DNA of 64,000 nt from Schizosaccharomyces osmophilus. Taxonomy: Eukaryota. Below the pieces are notes generated by a model. The model did not search any database and had not been told where the DNA came from. It saw nothing but the letters and a program-made list of their open reading frames with translations. The stretch is taken from assembly GCF_027921745.1 (NCBI RefSeq), contig NC_079240.1, positions 1,178,001-1,242,000 on the forward strand, read 5' to 3'. A program made the translations under genes and the position numbers. This document shows positions 61,321 to 64,000 of this stretch, piece after piece; position 1 is the stretch's first letter; every line of letters starts with the position of its first letter.

Positions 61321-63604
61321 TTAAGCACCAACTTCCTCAGAGGGTTTCGATTCCCCGTCTGCAGGTTGCGAATTTGACTGAGACAACTCTTCGGATGCTG
61401 ATTTGACAAAACCAGGTCGCCATCGTTCTAATAATGTTTGCGCAGATTTGCGAACATCCTCTATTTATTGTTAGTTGAGACCAACATAATCGCTTACTTA
61501 CCATTTTCCCACCACATTTTTTGTAACAAATCTAAGCATTGGTTTCTCGCTGGTAACCGAAACTTAATTAGATATCTACATATTAGCATAATAAAAAAAC
61601 GTAGATGTTAGAAAGTACTTACTGTAAAGTCATAAATCCCAGTTTCGATTTGTCAGGGTCGAGACATATAAATTTTACCTTTTCAATCATCGCGTCCGTA
61701 AGCTCAGGCAATTCTGACAGGAAAATCATAAACACTTTGTCTTTCATTTCAAGATAAGGAAGTACGCTGTCAATTATGCGCAAAGCCCATCTTTCATATT
61801 GCGGCCCTTCCCATTTGACAGAACTTTCTTCATTCTTTTCGTTCTCCTTCATAAGACGATCATTATACCATTCTTCCGAAAGCCAATTCAACGTTAAGTT
61901 GGTACATGCTCTCCAGTTTGAAGCTATGTACGTAAATAATTGTCCTCGTACGAAGGACGACAAAGTAAATGAACTCTCTCCTTGCTGTTCATCTGGGTTG
62001 GCGGGTTGATAATTATTCAATCCTCGAGTGCACAATCTTGGTAGAAGAATAGACCAATGATGTTTATCCCAAACAGTATTGTCAACATTCTCTAATGTGA
62101 GATTTTGTAGATTTGATGAAGATACAATAGTTCTTTCAAACTGTGATGAATAGTCAAAGAGACGTGACAGGGAACTGTGGAAGTATTCCAATACTGCCAT
62201 AGGTGAAAGAGTTTCCGACGTCGGTAGTTCATAAGTATCCGTATTGACAACCGAAGGAGTAACGCCCTCAAATCTAGCTGCTTCTCTTTCGACGCTTGCA
62301 TTAATCGTCTGAACGTCAACTTCAGGAGGTTCATAATCATCATCTTCTTCTTCGTCAACTTCTTGATCCAATCCCAGTGTTTCAGGCTCAGATAAAGAAC
62401 GAACTCGTTCACGAAGCATATTAATTTGTTGATGAAAGTAATCATTATCTAACTGACGAAGACAAGCCAGCACAATCTCAGTTACAACTTCCACCGGAAT
62501 TGCTGTCACATCGAAACTAGCCAAAGGGTTGGTAGCTGCTTGCGACGCAAAGATATTGACTAAAGGATTATTCAAAGCGGCACTATCTTCTTCAAGCTCA
62601 CGAGGCTGTATCCTGTCCATTAAACTTTGCACCGCAGAAGACTTGGCACGTTTTGAAGAAATGAAGTCTGGTGCTGAAGCTTGTCGCTTCTTTGCATGGT
62701 CCTCTGTTTTGTTCTGATAAATTTGCCCTGAAAGATAAGCGTGTATTTTTTCAATAAGAGAAGAAGAAATTCCAGCATTTTTCGTCAAATGAAGCAACGT
62801 AACTTTCAGGTTTTTCTCAATACAACGACGAGCAAGCTTGTCCAATGTAGCGGACTCGTCACTAGCTTCCTTGGGATTAGGCAAGTGAAACTGCAACAAA
62901 TTTTCAATGATAGTGGGACCAAGCTCCTTCCTCCTGTTTGCAATTACTGGAAGCACATTGAGCACACTCGTAATAAAAAGAGGGCTTAGGGTCTTGGATG
63001 AAAACACAGTAAACAGTTTTTGGAAAAGGTCAAAAGATTCTTGTTTCAAAGTAGTAGGGTTCAAAAAAGGATGATTTGTAGGGACCTTAGAAAGGGATAC
63101 ATCCGACTTTGTAACTAAACGAGGATCTCTAATACCGGATGACTGGGCTAGAATGACAGTAGAGATGAATTTAATGCATGAAATTTTCAGATGATTGGTA
63201 GAAGAATCGAACAAAGATAAAATTTCCTGCTTTATTTTTGAAATTGCTTCCCATGACTGAGTATCGTCTGGACATGTACAGCAGTGAAAGAAAACAAGTG
63301 GGTACAGAGTGCAAGAGCACAAGATTATGTCCTTTTTCACTTCATCATTATCGAAAGAAAGAAGAGTACTTATTGTTTCCAAGCAAGCAACAGCCAATTC
63401 AACCTTTTGATCAAAGTCGACCCTTTTACTAGAAAACCCAAACCATAGAAAACTCGACATCCATTTTTTAAACCTCAAGTCCGAATAATTTGCAACAGAA
63501 AGAATGTTTTTTACAATATCGGGGAAAAGGCTTTCATCCTCTTTGACAATGTCGCGAGCTTGATTAAGACGCGCTATATGCTCATCGGCTTCTGGCTGTT
63601 CCAT
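61321..63604 (-). CDS. pta1: mRNA cleavage/polyadenylation factor Pta1 (symplekin N-like), 2 introns near 3' end
   Basis: IKFISTVILAQS, VPTNHPFL, WLSEEWYND, FLSELPEL, CLDP...KLG. Confidence 0.9.
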
Positions 63605-64000
63605 ACCAATTTAAGAGAGACCTTGATATCCGTTTTTTATTGAGTCTATCGCGTTTTTTCTTTACAGTTGTAATAATACTACCAAGCTTTGCATCCTCCT
63701 TTATTTGTGCTGGTTTAAGTCTTTCAGCCCAAACTCACCAAGCACACGAATAACGATACGCTATGTAATTTTATCCTGTTTAACGGGAACCAAGGATGGA
63801 TTATGAAGCCAAGAAAAAAACAAATCACTTTACATTACAGAAAAAAAGAAAAGCAGGAAAAGAAAAGAAAAGTACAAATTATTAAAGATCAAACCTTTCT
63901 ATCGTTTTTACAGATCCAAACCTCTCGCTTAGATATAACAAAGTTATCTTAGGTCGTTAAGTTGATCTAACGATTCATCCCAAATTCCTCATATATTTCT

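Overview
Fungal nuclear DNA from a fission yeast (Schizosaccharomyces). The proteins are clearly diverged from S. pombe, so this is probably the octosporus/cryophilus/osmophilus group. From ~6.6 kb to the end, the gene order follows the S. pombe chromosome I arm next to cen1 (recalled from memory): rad50, sdh1, azr1, cdd1, cgr1, meu1-like, pmm1, cbs2, TCTP, Pex11-like, arrestin, EndoV, ser1, cab4, gpi17, cytochrome b5-like, DnaJ, swc3, GH15, MEMO1, srs2, small genes, rdl2, acp1, pyk1, ppc89, pcc1, rng8, pta1. The first 6.6 kb is a Pol III cluster, probably centromere-proximal, with six tRNA genes and one 5S rRNA gene. By-eye translation shows its spacers hold heavily decayed Ty3/gypsy pol fossils (protease, RT, RNase H, four integrase pieces). 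All lie on the + strand, each upstream of a minus-strand tRNA gene. Other items not visible in the ORF track: a euchromatic gag-protease fossil with a possible solo LTR; a 185-bp highly structured insert flanked by an exact 16-bp direct repeat; a SNORD13/U13-type C/D snoRNA carrying an internal copy of its own 18S target; a pseudoknot-like fold in the pmm1 3' UTR; and two small spliced genes. All homology calls are by-eye motif recognition, not database searches.
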